Below, piece after piece: positions 12,523-25,190 of a stretch of DNA of 63,920 nucleotides. This stretch comes from Octopus bimaculoides (Eukaryota). How positions within the stretch are numbered: position 1 is the stretch's first letter; the number at the start of each line of letters is the position of its first letter. Both the position numbers and the translations under genes were made by a program. Under the pieces are notes generated by a model that saw nothing but the letters and a program-made list of their open reading frames with translations, was not told the DNA's origin and made no database searches. The stretch is taken from assembly GCF_001194135.2 (NCBI RefSeq), contig NC_068982.1:4436193-4500112 (forward strand), read 5' to 3'.

Positions 12523-13855
12523 TCCATTACATACAATATATTATATCTAGCGTCGGTTTTTCTGATGAATATTACAGTTATTCAGTTAAGCGAAATGGTC
12601 ATTGAATGATTCCATCAGAATCATTGTCCGTCTTCCCAATTTCACTAATGAGAATTTGTCTAGGTTTGCACGTTTTCGGGTAGGGTATGAGAGGTCAAAG
12701 TGAATTTCTTAATCATTCGCAAGTCGTTGATGCACAAGAGAAACCTTAGGGTGGAGATGAATAACTGAACCAGGACTGATAAAGTTTATATTATGTATGT
12801 GTGAGAGTGAGGTGAATGAATGAGAGAGAGGGAGAGAAGAGAGAGAGATAGTGGGAGAAAAAGAGAGAGCGGGAAGAGAGAGAGAGAGAGAGGGAGGTGA
12901 GAGAGATGGAGGAGAGAGAAAGATCTGTCATCGTACGATGTCTTGGTGATCCGTGAATGACAAAAGATGGGAGTTGAGTAAAGCACCTTAAAAGGTAAAC
13001 GATCCAAGCAGTTCTCTTACCAGAAAGACAAAACTTTGCTTCTACGAATATTTCTTCTGACGAACTTCTTAACGACGACTGTCCATTAGTGACAAATGAG
13101 AGTATTATCCAAGTCCTATGTGAATCTACAGCGGCTTACCTGGTTAGAGAAGGACTTATGTTAACAACTACTACCACCACCTTTAATTTGATGCAAGTGG
13201 GGACCATAGCTCGGTAGTAGGAACGGTCAGAGTTGTCACAAACCGATACTTCGTCCCTTATAAGTTGTGTAAATGTCAGCCAGCGACCAATGATGGATCG
13301 CTCGAAATACTGTACCCGCCTGAGTACCAGTCATAAACTGAGAAAGAAGAGGATCCCAGTTTATGTGCCAGCTAAGTGAGCAGCCTGTTGATACGACATC
13401 GGCGGAGTTAGAGTTTTGTAATATCTGGCAGTGAACTTCCACCTTGAAATGTTTTCCCTGATTTCACTATAGGGAAAAGTGAAGTTTGTCTGAACATTGA
13501 TCTACATAATCATATACTGTTGCTTTTTTCAAACTTAACCCATTGCCTACGATGAGCCCCATTTGGGGATCTGCTAAAAACTGCCTCACTGCCGGTTGAT
13601 CGTCGTATTTAAAGTGAATTGCTTATGTAGGTGTGTTTAACATTATTTAGTAATTAAAGTTTGTCATTATTTGCTCTGGTTAATTCTAGAGGACATTTTA
13701 TATCATAAATTGGAGTTTTTGAACTACAAAATATTGACTGTTTTGAAACCATCTTTTTTTTTGGATTTCCCATCTATATCATTCATTGATATTCCATACA
13801 CATTCGTATTCGATACTATAGTGCAGTGAAAGCACGTGATAAAAATAAACTACTG

Positions 13856-13868
13856 AATAATAATGATG

Positions 13869-13931
<63 letters not shown>

Positions 13932-13965
13932 TCAACAACAACAATGTATATATTATGTATGTGTG

Positions 13966-14016
<51 letters not shown>

Positions 14017-14030
14017 ACACACACACATAT
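13856..14030 (+). repeat. Compound microsatellite (AAT)n-(TG)n-(CA)n
   Basis: Read directly. Confidence 0.95.
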
Positions 14031-14340
14031 ATACGATAGCAAAATCCGGAAAGCAGAATTTCCATAGATGCTCCCTAATTTTGTAGTTCCTTACATCTAT
14101 TTTTAAAGTGAGATTAAAAAGACATCTTCATTAGCTGGAAAAAATGAAATACTGCTTTAAATATGACAGAAATACGAATATTTAAAAAGAGTAATGTTGC
14201 TTTGATTTCCAGACATGTATAACCTATAACATTTTAATTAATTGCGCATATTAATTACGTCCGTCAAATTAAAAACACTTAAGCTTTTTATTTCAACTAG
14301 TTGGAACTTCTCACTTAAGTTGCATTATACATATATTATC

Positions 14341-14782
14341 ATAGGCATAGGTGTGACTGTGTGGTAAAAAGTATGCTTCCCAATCACATTGCTCTGGGTT
14401 CAGTTCTCCTGCAGGACACTTTGAGCAAGTGTCTTCTACTAGAGCCTCAGGCATATCAAGGGTCAGAGTAGATTTCGTTGACGGAAACTGAAAGAAGCTC
14501 ATTACATATATATGTTTGTGTGTGTATGTGTGTGTGTGTGTATGCGTGTGTGTGTGTGTGTGTGTGTGTGTTTGCCCCAGAGATTATCCCCTACCACCGC
14601 TTGACAACCGATGTTGGTGTGTTTACATCCTCATAACTTAGCGGCTCGGCAAAAGATACCGTTACAATAAGTACAGCGCTTAAAAATTAGTACTGGAGTC
14701 GATCCATTTGACTGTAATTTCCTCGAGGTAGTGCCCCAGCATGGCCGCAATCAAATAACTGAAACAAGTTAACGATAAAAGA
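14341..14782 (+). mobile_element. SINE family B, full length
   Basis: ATAGGCATAGGTGTGACTGTGTGGTAAAAAG head, GACGGAAACTGAAAGAAGC, internal (TG)n, CAGCATGGCCGCA...GAAACAAGT tail. Confidence 0.9.
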
Positions 14783-15774
14783 TTAATGTTTAAGAGCTTG
14801 AGTTACCATGGGGTTGCTTGATCTACTAGAAATAACAACCTAATCTTCCTCAGTTCATACCTACTGTCTTACGAAACAGACACGCAAAGCATCACTAAAT
14901 GTACTGTATTGGGGAACATGAGAGGCTGTTGCTACTGGAAGCCTTTGGTTATATGTCTGTTCTCGGGATTTAAGTACACACAAATCACGTCCGAGAATGA
15001 ATCTAAATGTTATTATTAGAAATGTCTATGACACAAGCGAATCCAAAGTCTTCAGTTGCGCAGTGTTCTGAGATTGGCATATTGCTCTATATTTGTAGGG
15101 GGCGTTAGTTAAATGAATTGCCACCAATACAAGCTAAGAACTTATTTTCTGGTCTTTGCATGGATGAAAGGCGAAGAAAACTTTGCTGTAATTCGAGCTC
15201 AGAATATGCAACAACTAAAATTAAAAAAAAAAAACAGGCAAAAAATAAAGATAAACTCCACCCCAAAACTAACATAAAATAAAAAAAAAACACCACAAAA
15301 CATATCTATATGAAACACGCACAAATATAAAATAAAGTGTTGCAAATGTCGGTTTTTCTCGCTCACGAAGCTAAATTAAAGACCGCCATTTATTGTCGTG
15401 AGATCAACATGTAATTCTTTCTGTTGAGTCTCGTTCGCATTTGTTTAGTTTCGTGACACAATTCGGAAGTTGTATAAAGGTCAGAAGCACTGATTGTGCT
15501 TGTTTTGAGANNNNNNNNNNNNNNNNNNNNNNNNNNNNNNNNNNNNNNNNNNNNNNNNNNNNNNNNNNNNNNNNNNNNNNNNNNNNNNNNNNNNNNNNNN
15601 NNNNNNNNNNNNNNNNNNNNNNNNNNNNNNNNNNNNNNNNNNNNNNNNNNNNNNNNNNNNNNNNNNNNNNNNNNNNNNNNNNNNNNNNNNNNNNNNNNNN
15701 NNNNNNNNNNNNNNNNNNNNNNNTGGGGGTGTTAATGGTGATGATAATGTTGATGATGATGATGATGATAATGA

Positions 15775-15814
<40 letters not shown>

Positions 15815-15859
15815 TTTTAAGATAAACGTGGATGGTATGTTGGGGATAATAGTGCTTTG

Positions 15860-15948
15860 ATAGGCGCAGGCGTGGCTGTGTTGTAAGAAGCTTGCTTCCC
15901 AACCACATGGTTTCGGGTTGAGATCCACTGCCCGGTACCTTGGGCCAA
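15860..15948 (+). mobile_element. SINE family B head only
   Basis: ATAGGCGCAGGCGTGGCTGTGTTGTAAGAAGCTTGCTTCCCAACCACATGG...CCTTGGGC. Confidence 0.8.
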
Positions 15949-16512
15949 GAAATCGAGGGAACGAGCAGTAAAATTTTAAGACCCCGTACCATAGACGAAA
16001 AGAACTTTCTCGAATGGAGGCAGAGGAAGCGGAAAACTAGAGGAACATAATCAATAACCATGTACAAAATACAATATTTATTTATTTATTTATTTATGTG
16101 TTTCAGCCAAGTGGCTGCGGTCATGCTGGTGTACATTCTTCCACGTTAGTAAAATCAATATAAAAATTCCAAATAATATAAGTATAAAAATAAGTATAAG
16201 AGCATACATAAACATATAAACACGTAAATGTATAAAAATATATAAATATATAAATACATATATCTATACAGAAATCAAAATACAGATATAAAATACACGT
16301 AAATGGATAAACATCGATATGACATAACATGCAGTGAATTTAAAATTCCCAAGATACAACATAAAGGAGTAAACATTTACAAGTTACAATACTATGGTGT
16401 AATGAAAAGTTTGATATGATAAAACATTAAAAAGAAGTATTAAAATACCAGGATAATATTCAAAAGATACAAAAGTACCATCTACGGGCCGTTTCGGAGA
16501 CGTGCCAAGTAA

Positions 16513-16721
16513 TACTCTTTACTCTTTACTTGTTTCAGTCATTTGACTGCGGCCATGCTGGAGCACCGCCGTTGTAGTCGAGAAATTCGACCCCAGGACT
16601 TATTCTTTGTAAGCCTAGTACTTATTCTATCGGCCTCTTTTTGCCGAACCGCTAAGTTACAGGGACGTAAACACACCAGCATCGGTTGTCAAGCGATGTT
16701 GGAGGGACAAATACATACACA

Positions 16722-16791
<70 letters not shown>

Positions 16792-16923
16792 CATACATAT
16801 ATACGACGGGCTCCTTTCAGTTTTCGTCTACCAAATCCGCTCACAAGGCTTTGGTCGGCCCGAGGCTATAGTAGAGGACACTTGCCCAAGGTGCCACGCA
16901 TTGGGACTGAACCCGGAACCATG
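16513..16923 (-). mobile_element. SINE family B, young-looking, lacking about 40 bp of the head
   Basis: TACTCTTTACTCTTTACTTGTTTCAGTCATTTGACTGCGGCCATGCTGGAGCACC... (CA)n ...GGGACTGAACCCGGAACCATG. Confidence 0.9.
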
Positions 16924-17177
16924 ATATGGTATATATTTCATATTTTTAAAAACAGACACTCCTCTCATCAAGATGTTTACATGATGCGAAAACTATCTTG
17001 CTCGTTTTAATAACATAACCTAATCCTTTCCATTCGTTTTCCCTCCCTTACAAGCATTCGATCCAAGCCTTTGATGTGAGGATACTTTTTGCCTTTTTTT
17101 CCGTCATTCTCGGAATGTTTTCGATCTCTACCTGTATCTTCTTTGATCATTCTTATGTCATTTATTATGAGGTTCGT

Positions 17178-17405
17178 AAGGCGGCGAGCTGGCAGAATCG
17201 TTAGCACGCCGGGCGAAGCGCTTTTTGGTATTTCGTCTGTTTTTACGAGTTCAAATTCCGCCGAGGTCGACTTTGCTTTTCATCCTTTCAGGGTCGATTA
17301 AATAAGTGCCAGTTACGTACTGGGTCGATGTAAGCGATCTAATCTCTTTGTCTGACCTTGTTTGTCCCCTCTATGTTTAGTCCTCTGTGGGGCAATAAAG
17401 AAATA
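17178..17405 (+). mobile_element. SINE family A with alternative 3' tail (TGTCCCCTCTATGTTTAG...GGGCAATAAAGAAATA)
   Basis: Canonical A head and core followed by a tail different from most A copies. Confidence 0.9.
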
Positions 17406-17539
17406 CTTTATCACGTGGTTTATTTATTACTGTTATTCCGTTGAATTTAAATAATTTCCCTATTTCTTGTAGTTGGAATTGATACATCAGTATGAATGCA
17501 TTACTTTTTCAGTTGATCTTTGACAATATCTGGTATCTC

Positions 17540-18030
17540 ACTTAATTCTGGCCATGTAGCAGCATTTCATATCAATATCTTAGCATATTTCTTTTCGAAG
17601 CATTTTTAGTTTGATCTTCTAATGCTTGATCTCTTGTCATTTTTGCTCCCTGCTCATTGCTGTCTGACTCATACTTTATATTTGTGAGATTTTCTGAACG
17701 CAGTAAACTTTTTGTTTTGTGTTCATACATTGCAGTTATTTATGTTTTATTTTATTCTCCATTTAATTATTCATATTTACAGTATATTTTTGTCATTTTA
17801 AAGTAAATATTTCAAAATAGTGTTCTTGTAGCAGAAGACTACTTACTCGTTATGTTCGACTTAAATACTAATATAATCTTTCTTTCTATGTCGATTCCGA
17901 GTAGTGTAATATAAATACAGCCATTAATTTTCTTGTTTTCTTATCTACTCTTGCTAATTGACTTCGTTTAAATGTCTAGTTCATTAATTCCTAAGTATTT
18001 GTATGCCTATGTTTAGTCTAATTCTCTCTT
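17540..18030 (-). mobile_element. Old R4/Dong-like LINE remnant (post-RT region)
   Basis: AYKYLGINELD (17976-18006) and QLARVDKKTRKLM (17921-17960) on the minus strand. Confidence 0.6.
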
Positions 18031-19645
18031 GTTTCTATATATTGCATGATATTAATGATTTTTATTAATTCTGTTCTCAGTTTTGCTTTGACACAATGTT
18101 TCAAAAACGTAAATATTCAATCATCGTGTTGGGTAATCGTTTGGAGAGCAGTTTATAAATGAACGACAGACAAGTGATAGGCAGTAATTAGAGGGGCCGA
18201 CTATTTGTCTATTGTCAACAAGTAAGACGCTATCGAGGTATTTGGTCTGATTATACAACAGAATGTTGAAGGCTGACGCTGTTTGACTGCAGCTTGTGAG
18301 ATGAATACAACTAAAATCTTCGAATGCTGTCAATGCCAGGAAGTTTCCAGTTTCCGAAGCTGATAAGAAGAACAGGTTTTAACTAAAAAAATAGAAAGAA
18401 AAAAATTCTAATGCCGCGAGAAAAATGGCGTTTCAATTTATATAGTTTTCACACACGCAGACGACTAATCAGCGAATATGTTGGTTGCACTCTTATCGTA
18501 TAGTTTATTACTAGCTTAAAGTAGCCGCCTGGATGGTAGCGGGAGGAGATGCTGGTCACGATGGTAGTAACAAAATTAATATTGAAAAATATATATACAC
18601 TCCCCAGTTTTAGCAAATCCAAAGACAAGCTTAAAACATTAAAGTAACACAGTTTGAAAAAATTGCATTTGCAGATAAAATTTGAAATAGAAGAATAAAA
18701 AAAACTGGTATAAATATCACTTCAAATGACAAAAATACAAAAGAATACCGAAAACATCACAAATAACAGCTAAAAATAGAGTGTAGTTCATTCCCACGGA
18801 TTTCATCCAAGAAAATGCAAGAAGGAATGTAACAAAAATCTAAGAGCGTTTCGAGTGCCTCTGAAAGTGGAAGTGGTGAGAGCTCTCATTGATATGTGAC
18901 AGGGTTTATTCTCTCTCGACCTGTATCAGGCATATGAAAGTGTTTGTTTGTTATTTAAATATAGAAGATGAAGAGAATGCGGTCAGAAGCATTAATACCT
19001 AACATGTCCGTTGGTTTGTTTTAAAGCTTAGCAGTACGTTACACAAAGGGAGTGTACCGTACTACTAACTTGTCTGTTGGGAGATGCACTGACGTCCAAG
19101 TCTTGATTAAGACTACAAGGTTATATCGGAAAAGAAAGGAAAGTGGATGAACCAGGCGGTGAGGAGTTGAAGACCCAAGAGCATCTGCAAGAGTAAGAAA
19201 CATGAGAGTACGCCTTATAAAAGATGAAATGAAAGGAAGCGAGGGTGGCATGCAGCATAGGAAAGGGTATCAGTAAATGTACCTATGACAACGAAAATGT
19301 ATTTGATGTTACTACCGTCAGTTTCATAGCATTATCCCATTAGCCAATGGGATACAGTAACAAACTATTTTTTCCACAACCGAACTTCCACTAAGTGTGA
19401 TCGAACTATGGTACCGAAAAATATTTCGTGTTGCGTACCTAATGATTTTTTCCTTTTTAATAAAAAAGGCTTCTATAATTTCTAAGGGTTGCTCTTGAAT
19501 TACTATTATGGCAACATTGTGAGATTTTGCTTCGATATGTAAATCTGTTTGATTAATTCACATTGCCGAATCGATTTTTATTTATTTGTCGATTTTAAAA
19601 TATTAGCGATCGCATTTCCACAAAACCTGGTATAATGATAGATGT

Positions 19646-20036
19646 GGTTGGTTGATTGGCACTCCGTCGGTTACGACGACGAGGGTTCCAGTTGATCCGA
19701 TCAACGGAACAGCTTGCTCGTGAAATTAACGTGCAAGTGGCTGAGCACTCCACAGACACGTGTACCCTTAACGTACTTCTCTGGGAGATTCAGCATGACA
19801 CAGTGTGTGACAAGGCTGGTCCTTTGAAATAGAGGTACACAGAAACAAGAAAAAAACGTGAGAGAAAGTTATGGTGAAAGAGTACAGCAGGGTTCGCCAC
19901 CATCTCCTGCCGGAGCCTCGTGGAACTTTAGGTGTTTTCGCTAAATAAACACTCACAACGCCCGGTCTGGGAATCGAAACCACGATCCTTCGACCGCGAG
20001 TCCGCTGCCCTAACCATTGGGTCATTGCGCCTCCAC
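19646..20036 (-). mobile_element. SINE family C variant with a different head and middle; 12-bp TSD
   Basis: TSD AATGATAGATGT at 19634-19645 and 20037-20048. Head GTGGAGGCGCAATGACCCAATGGTTAGGGCAGCGGACTCGCGG...GGTTTCGATTCCC. The 3' half matches other C copies. Confidence 0.9.
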
Positions 20037-20137
20037 AATGATAGATGTAGAGCGTTTAGAAGATATTAATATCCTTAGTATACAACAAATGTTACAAACT
20101 CTCCTGGTCACCAGTTATACTTATTTCTCAATGTATT

Positions 20138-20195
20138 TATTTCTTTATTGACCACAGGGGCTAAACATAGAGGGGACAAACAAGGACAGACAACG
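20138..20195 (-). mobile_element. 5'-truncated 58-bp retroposed fragment of the alternative A tail, with 17-bp TSD
   Basis: TSD TTATTTCTCA(A/G)TGTATT at 20121-20137 and 20196-20212. The insert matches the tail of 17178-17405. Confidence 0.85.
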
Positions 20196-20214
20196 TTATT
20201 TCTCAGTGTATTGT

Positions 20215-20600
20215 GACCATAGTCCAGTTGTCCGCGTGAATCAATTCGTCCAGTCTCTGGTGATTGGTGTCAGTGGTTCAGTCGATGGTTTCCCACTGTG
20301 GTGGTTGTCTTAAATGCCGGTTTGCCGTTCGTTAAACTCCTTCATCCATCTGTTGTCATTGTTCTTGTCGATAGCACCACCTCCGTTAAAAACCTTCTCT
20401 GGATGTAGGGCAACCTATGTTCGTTCTTTATTCGTCAAGGAATCAATGACGGAACCTTGCTATTTGCTTCGAATCCATTATTTGTCATGTAATGAAGTAC
20501 AGGTGGACGAGTTACTCAACCAACATGACCAAGTTGAACAACCTATGTCAGTTAATAAAATGGTACGCCATGTTTGCATTACATTCAGCACAACGACCTC
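20215..20600 (-). mobile_element. Degenerate mariner transposase 5' (HTH) fragment
   Basis: Minus translation VIDSL...KVFNGGGAIDKNNDNRWMKEF...DNHHSGKPST...QRLDELIHAD (cf. VIEFL...VYG...RWxxxF...DxxRSGRPST...QRVDELIRxD). Confidence 0.65.
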
Positions 20601-20744
20601 TCCCGAAATTGCTGGCCTCGTTCTAAAATTTGAAACCATTATTATTCCATTTGCACACAACAAATTTTGACTGTCGGAAAAAATTCATAACATCGGGTTA
20701 CAACAAGTAAACTTAAATAGAAAGAACCTTCCTAAATACCCCAG

Positions 20745-20768
20745 CTTCTTCTTCTTCTTCTTCTTCTT

Positions 20769-20799
<31 letters not shown>

Positions 20800-20957
20800 T
20801 TCTTCTTCTTCTTCTTCTTCTTCTTCTTCTTCTTCTTCTTCTTCTTCTTCTTCTTCTTCTTCTTCTTCTTCTTCTTCTTCTTCTTCTTCTCCCGCAAATT
20901 TTCTGTCTTTGTGCCTTTATTAGAAAGAATCATCATCATCATCATCATCATCATTAC

Positions 20958-21015
<58 letters not shown>

Positions 21016-21016
21016 T
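20745..21016 (+). repeat. (TTC)n, then a SINE-A tail fragment (20890-20931), then (ATC)n(AAT)n
   Basis: Read directly; CCCGCAAATTTTC...TTGTGCCTTTATTAGAAAGAAT matches the A tail. Confidence 0.85.
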
Positions 21017-21715
21017 TAATAAATATTATTATTATTATACTTTCACTGTATTATTAGATTATATTATTATATTTTCAGTATTGCACTTCCAGACGCCTTA
21101 TTTTGTTTTAGCCTTGTTTTCAAGTATCCTTTGTAATATATGTGCAAATTCTATGCTATTCATATTCGTAAGTCACGGGGCATGAGTTTTGAATTCGTTT
21201 GTACGTTTTTTTAATCATTCCTAAGTCACGTCTTATCACAGAGATTCTTTTATCTCTCAAAATTCAATTTATTTTATCTACAAATATTAAAAATTTGGAT
21301 AATGTGTTTATTTCTTTTAGAGATACAGTAAATTGTTCTGCAAAGATTTTTCATTTTTGAAGGCGGATGAAATTTTAGACAACTTTTGTGACACTAATTC
21401 CAAATACCACGATAGCTTTTGCCTATGTTTTAATAACTTTAACTGCTATAGACCATTAGTGACAAAATTAAAATAACCTGTTCTGCCATTAGAGGAAAAT
21501 TACCGATTGCATTAATTATACGTTTCAAACTAATCTGTCTTTGAAGCTGAATTAATATCTACAATGCTTTTAAAGGTGAAAGTTATAGTCTTATGGTGTG
21601 TATAATTCACAACCATCGAGTCACCATTTCATTATGAATGAATTAGAATGTAAAGTAATAGGCTAATAATAGAAACAGATACCTGCAGCACCACAAACCG
21701 TTTAATACAAAGGCC

Positions 21716-22074
21716 TGGATCTCCGTCAGTTACGACGACATGTGTTTCAGTTGACTCGATCAAGGAAACAGCCTGCTCGTGAAATTAACATGTAAGTGAC
21801 TGAGTTCTCCACAGACATGCGTACCTGTAAGTGACTGAGTTCTCCACAGACATGCGTACCTGTAACGGAGTTCTTAGTGAGAGACAGCTCAACACAGAGT
21901 GTGATAAGGTTGGCCCTTTGAATTACAAGTACAGCTAATTTTTGCCAGCTGAGTGGACCGGAGCAATGTGAAATAAAGTGTCTTGCTCAAGGACACAACA
22001 TACCACCAGCAATCAAATTCACGACCCAACGATCGAGAGCCGAATAACCTGATCACTAAGCCACGTGCATTCAC
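21716..22074 (-). mobile_element. SINE family C with an internal perfect 35-bp tandem duplication (21791-21860)
   Basis: CTCCGTCAGTTACGACGAC...CACTAAGCCACGTGCATTCAC. The duplicated unit is TGTAAGTGACTGAGTTCTCCACAGACATGCGTACC. Confidence 0.9.
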
Positions 22075-22638
22075 AGTTTTGGTAATTTCATACCATTGAG
22101 TGCAAGAGAAGGATTTTCAGATTAACCCCTTAAAACAGAGAAAGTATGTGATATAGGTTCTTGAGATAAAGTATCAAGTGCTAATTATTATAAGCTGCAA
22201 AATGTTGCAACGCAAATAAACTACTTGTTATGAAGAATAAGCCCAGAAAAAATGTTCGCCTTGTATCTATATGCAACTTGATACATCTAAAAAATAATGA
22301 AACGATGAGAAAGTGCCAACATCTTCGAAACTAGTTGGTTGATAAATAAAGAAATGGTTTCCTTCTTGATTTGCAGCTGAGTGATTAGAGATCATTGGGT
22401 GAGAAACGAATCTCTTGGAATAAGATATCTTCTAGTTAGAAATTATAACTTATGAACATCCAGCGAGTACAATAAAAAATGTACAATGAGCGATCGAATA
22501 CATGGCAGACAATTGTTGGTATTTGATAAGAGCACAACGTATAAGCCAACATATTTGATAATAGAAAATAAAGCGGTTTCATCAAATGGAATTCTTGTAG
22601 ACTAAGCCTTATTGTCTTTATTATTATTCTACATATTT

Positions 22639-22860
22639 AAGGTGGAGAGCTGGTAGAATCGTTAGAACGCTCGGCAAGATACTTGGATGAATTTCGTCCG
22701 TGTTTACGTTCTGAGTTCAAATTCCGCCGAAGTCGACTTTAACTTTCATCCTTTCGGGGTCGATAAATTAAGTAACAGTTGAGTACTCGGGTCGATGTAA
22801 TCGACTTACTTCCAGCCCCCAAATTTCTGGCCCTGTGTCTTTAGTAGAAAGGATTATTAT
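22639..22860 (+). mobile_element. SINE family A, full length, 17-bp TSD
   Basis: TTATTATTCTACATATT at 22621-22637 and 22854-22870. Confidence 0.9.
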
Positions 22861-22870
22861 TCTACATATT

Positions 22871-23050
22871 AACGCGGTGAGGTGGCGGAATCGTTAGCAC
22901 GCCGGACAAAATACTTCGTGGAATTTCGTCCGTCTTTACGTTCTGAGTTCAAACTCCGTCCACTTCGCCTTTCATCCTTTCGGGGTCGATAAAAGAAGTA
23001 CCAGTTGAACACTGGAGTCGATATAATTTCCCCAGAAATTGCTGGCTTAT
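22871..23050 (+). mobile_element. SINE family A, second copy of a tandem pair (AAATTGCTGGC tail type)
   Basis: Head AACGCGGTGAGGTGGCGGAATCGTTAGCACGCCGG, GTTCTGAGTTCAAACTCC. Confidence 0.85.
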
Positions 23051-23108
23051 TATTATTATTATTTGATTATTACTATTAGAATATTTGATAGTTTCAGGCA
23101 AATTTCTA

Positions 23109-23161
23109 CTGCATCCCCTGCTGCATCCCCTGCTGCATCCCCTGCTGCATCCCCTGCTGCA
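23109..23161 (+). repeat. 12-bp minisatellite CTGCATCCCCTG x4 plus 5 bp
   Basis: Read directly. Confidence 0.95.
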
Positions 23162-23393
23162 GCCTCGTGTTGCTGAGGTGTGTGCAGCGTTGCGTACTCT
23201 TTTATATTGTTGCTGGTGTGCAATGTTCCCAATGTTGTACTGCATCAGTTTGTCTTGTCATGGCGTTTGACTGCTGCCTTTCGTTGTATTAGTGTTTGTA
23301 TTGTGTTTTGTGAGTGTAATACGAATTTTGTTATGTTACTTCGTATAAAGATCTATCTATCTTTCCGTTTTCCTTCTTGATTATTCGTGGGGC

Positions 23394-23528
23394 AATCCAC
23401 TCACAAGGCTTTGGTCGGCCCGAGGCTATAGTAGAAGACACTTGTCCAAGGTGCCACGCAGTGGGACTGAACCCGGAACCGTGTGGTTGGTAAGCAAGCT
23501 ACTTACCACACAGCCACTCTTATGCCTA
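23394..23528 (-). mobile_element. SINE family B 5' portion (3'-truncated)
   Basis: AATCCACTCACAAGGCTTTGGTCGGCCCGAGGCTATAGTAGAAGACAC...CCACACAGCCACTC. Confidence 0.9.
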
Positions 23529-23559
23529 AAGAATCTTTAATATAGTTTCAGATGCCACA

Positions 23560-24030
23560 TTTCTGTATTTGTGAGCAACGGTCAGGTCTTTCTGTTATAT
23601 TCTCTGTCGAATCTATTCCCTTTCATGTATTTCTATTTCACGGAGTTCAAAGTATTGCTGAATTCTTTGCTATTCATGGGGTAACAATAAGCTATTACAT
23701 TTAACTGTTTTTGATACGTTGTGTGTTTTAATTTTGGTTTTATGCCTTTCTTCGTTTCGATATATTAAACCTTTCGTTGATCTTGATGTATCATCCATTG
23801 TAAAGGGTTTTGTTAATGACCCTGTAAATCATTTTGAAATTCGATTCAAACATTTTTTTGCTTTGAAGAATTTTTCCCGCACTTCGAAGCGTCTTATCCT
23901 GCATCTTTTGCTCATACGATTTACTTGAACCATTTTTTAAATATATTTTCTCTGATATCAAATTATTTCCCGACATCTTATTGATATCATTATGTGAGTT
24001 GACTTTCATATTCGCTCTCATCTCCATAAG
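23560..24030 (-). mobile_element. Possible old R4/Dong-like remnant (pre-RT region)
   Basis: LQSKKMFESNFKMIYRV resembles QNKQFNSNSKRFYQE of the 25517-25913 fragment. Confidence 0.35.
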
Positions 24031-24517
24031 CCTATCGGTTTATTTTTCAACTTCATGAAATATATTTATTATTTTTTAAAACTAAGTTGGATATGACAAG
24101 TGGAAAACCAGTTTCTCTCGATCGTATTATGGAAACTGAATAGATTAGACCATTTAGGGAGTTTATTTATGTAGACAGAATTATCGTTACACCCTGGTAA
24201 GCTTGTTTGTCGTTTCGTAAAGCTTTGTTCGTGTGCAGACTAATCAACGGTCTGCGTTCATGTACCAATACCGAATTGTTATACTCCTTATTTCCATTTT
24301 TACTTTTGCTTATTCTATAAAATTATCAAATTTTTAGTATTATATTTACATTATTTTATACTAGACAATTTCGTAAAATAAGTGGATATAAGTTTCCGCT
24401 CTCAGAAAGTTCCTACTTTCCTACATTTGTAGTAAACCTGATGATTTTATTTCCTTTGATTTTAAAGTCTTTGGCAAGTTGAATTCTAAGTACTAATATT
24501 AATTATTTACTAAGCAT

Positions 24518-24737
24518 AAGGTGGCGAGATGGCAGAAACGTTAGCACGCCGGCTGAAATGCTTAGCGGTATTTCGTTTGTCTTTACATTCTGAGTTCAAA
24601 TTCCGCCGAGGTCGACTTGGCCTTTCATTCTTTCGGGGTCGATAAATTAAGTACCAGTTGCGTACTAGGGTCGATCTAATCGAATGACTCCCTTCCCCAA
24701 AATTTCGGGCCTTGTGCCTAGAGTAGAAAAGAATATT
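24518..24737 (+). mobile_element. SINE family A, full length
   Basis: AAGGTGGCGAGATGGCAGAAACGTTAGCACGCCGG...GAGTTCAAATTCCGCCGAGGTCGAC...GCCTTGTGCCTAGAGTAGAAAAGAATATT. Confidence 0.92.
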
Positions 24738-24839
24738 TCTAAGTATTAATGTTTTGTGTTTTTAATTAATCTTGCTAATTCTTTAAGCCAACGTTTCAGA
24801 ATATCCTAACATATTGACACAGCTAGAGGCCCGATGCCT

Positions 24840-25190
24840 ATTAACGTATGTTTATTTGCGAGAGTTCTGTTTCACTTATTAATCTAAAACATTGATATTT
24901 TCTCAGAAGCTTTTCTTTAATTTCTGAACGTCGTAAATTTTCTAGTTCATTAATTCTTAAGCCTGTGCTAGATTTAATTTTGGAAAGTTTATTTATCTAA
25001 CCGTTTTATTTGTTCTTATTTCTCATACATCAATGGTATCTTGCTGAATTTTTCCTAAACAGAATTTCATATCTGTTTCTCAAGTAAATAACTGAACTGG
25101 CTGTGAGATTGCTCCATTTGTTTATTATCTACAGAAAAAGAAACTTGAATTCGTCCACATACAAAAGTTGGTTAATTGTTCTTTCATAAA
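24840..25190 (-). mobile_element. Old R4/Dong-like RT remnant
   Basis: TINQLLYVDEFK (25144-25179; cf. HLLYxDDLK), MKFCLGK, EIKEKLLRKY. Confidence 0.55.

Noticed and set aside
13190-13450. GC-richer segment with ORF 13236-13442
   Set aside because: No recognisable domain, splice signals or repeat homolog within the window.
13534-13800. TTAA-CCCATT, resembling a piggyBac left end
   Set aside because: No matching right TIR (AATGGG-TTAA) or transposase remnant was found nearby.
18418-18432. AAAATGGCG (YY1-like) motif; similar words at about 15384 and 37100
   Set aside because: Isolated short motifs without CpG-island context or transcript evidence are expected by chance.
18845-18895. CGTTTCGAG...CTCTCATTG as a possible antisense hammerhead
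   Set aside because: The CUGANGA box would need three substitutions, and stems I and III are not evident.
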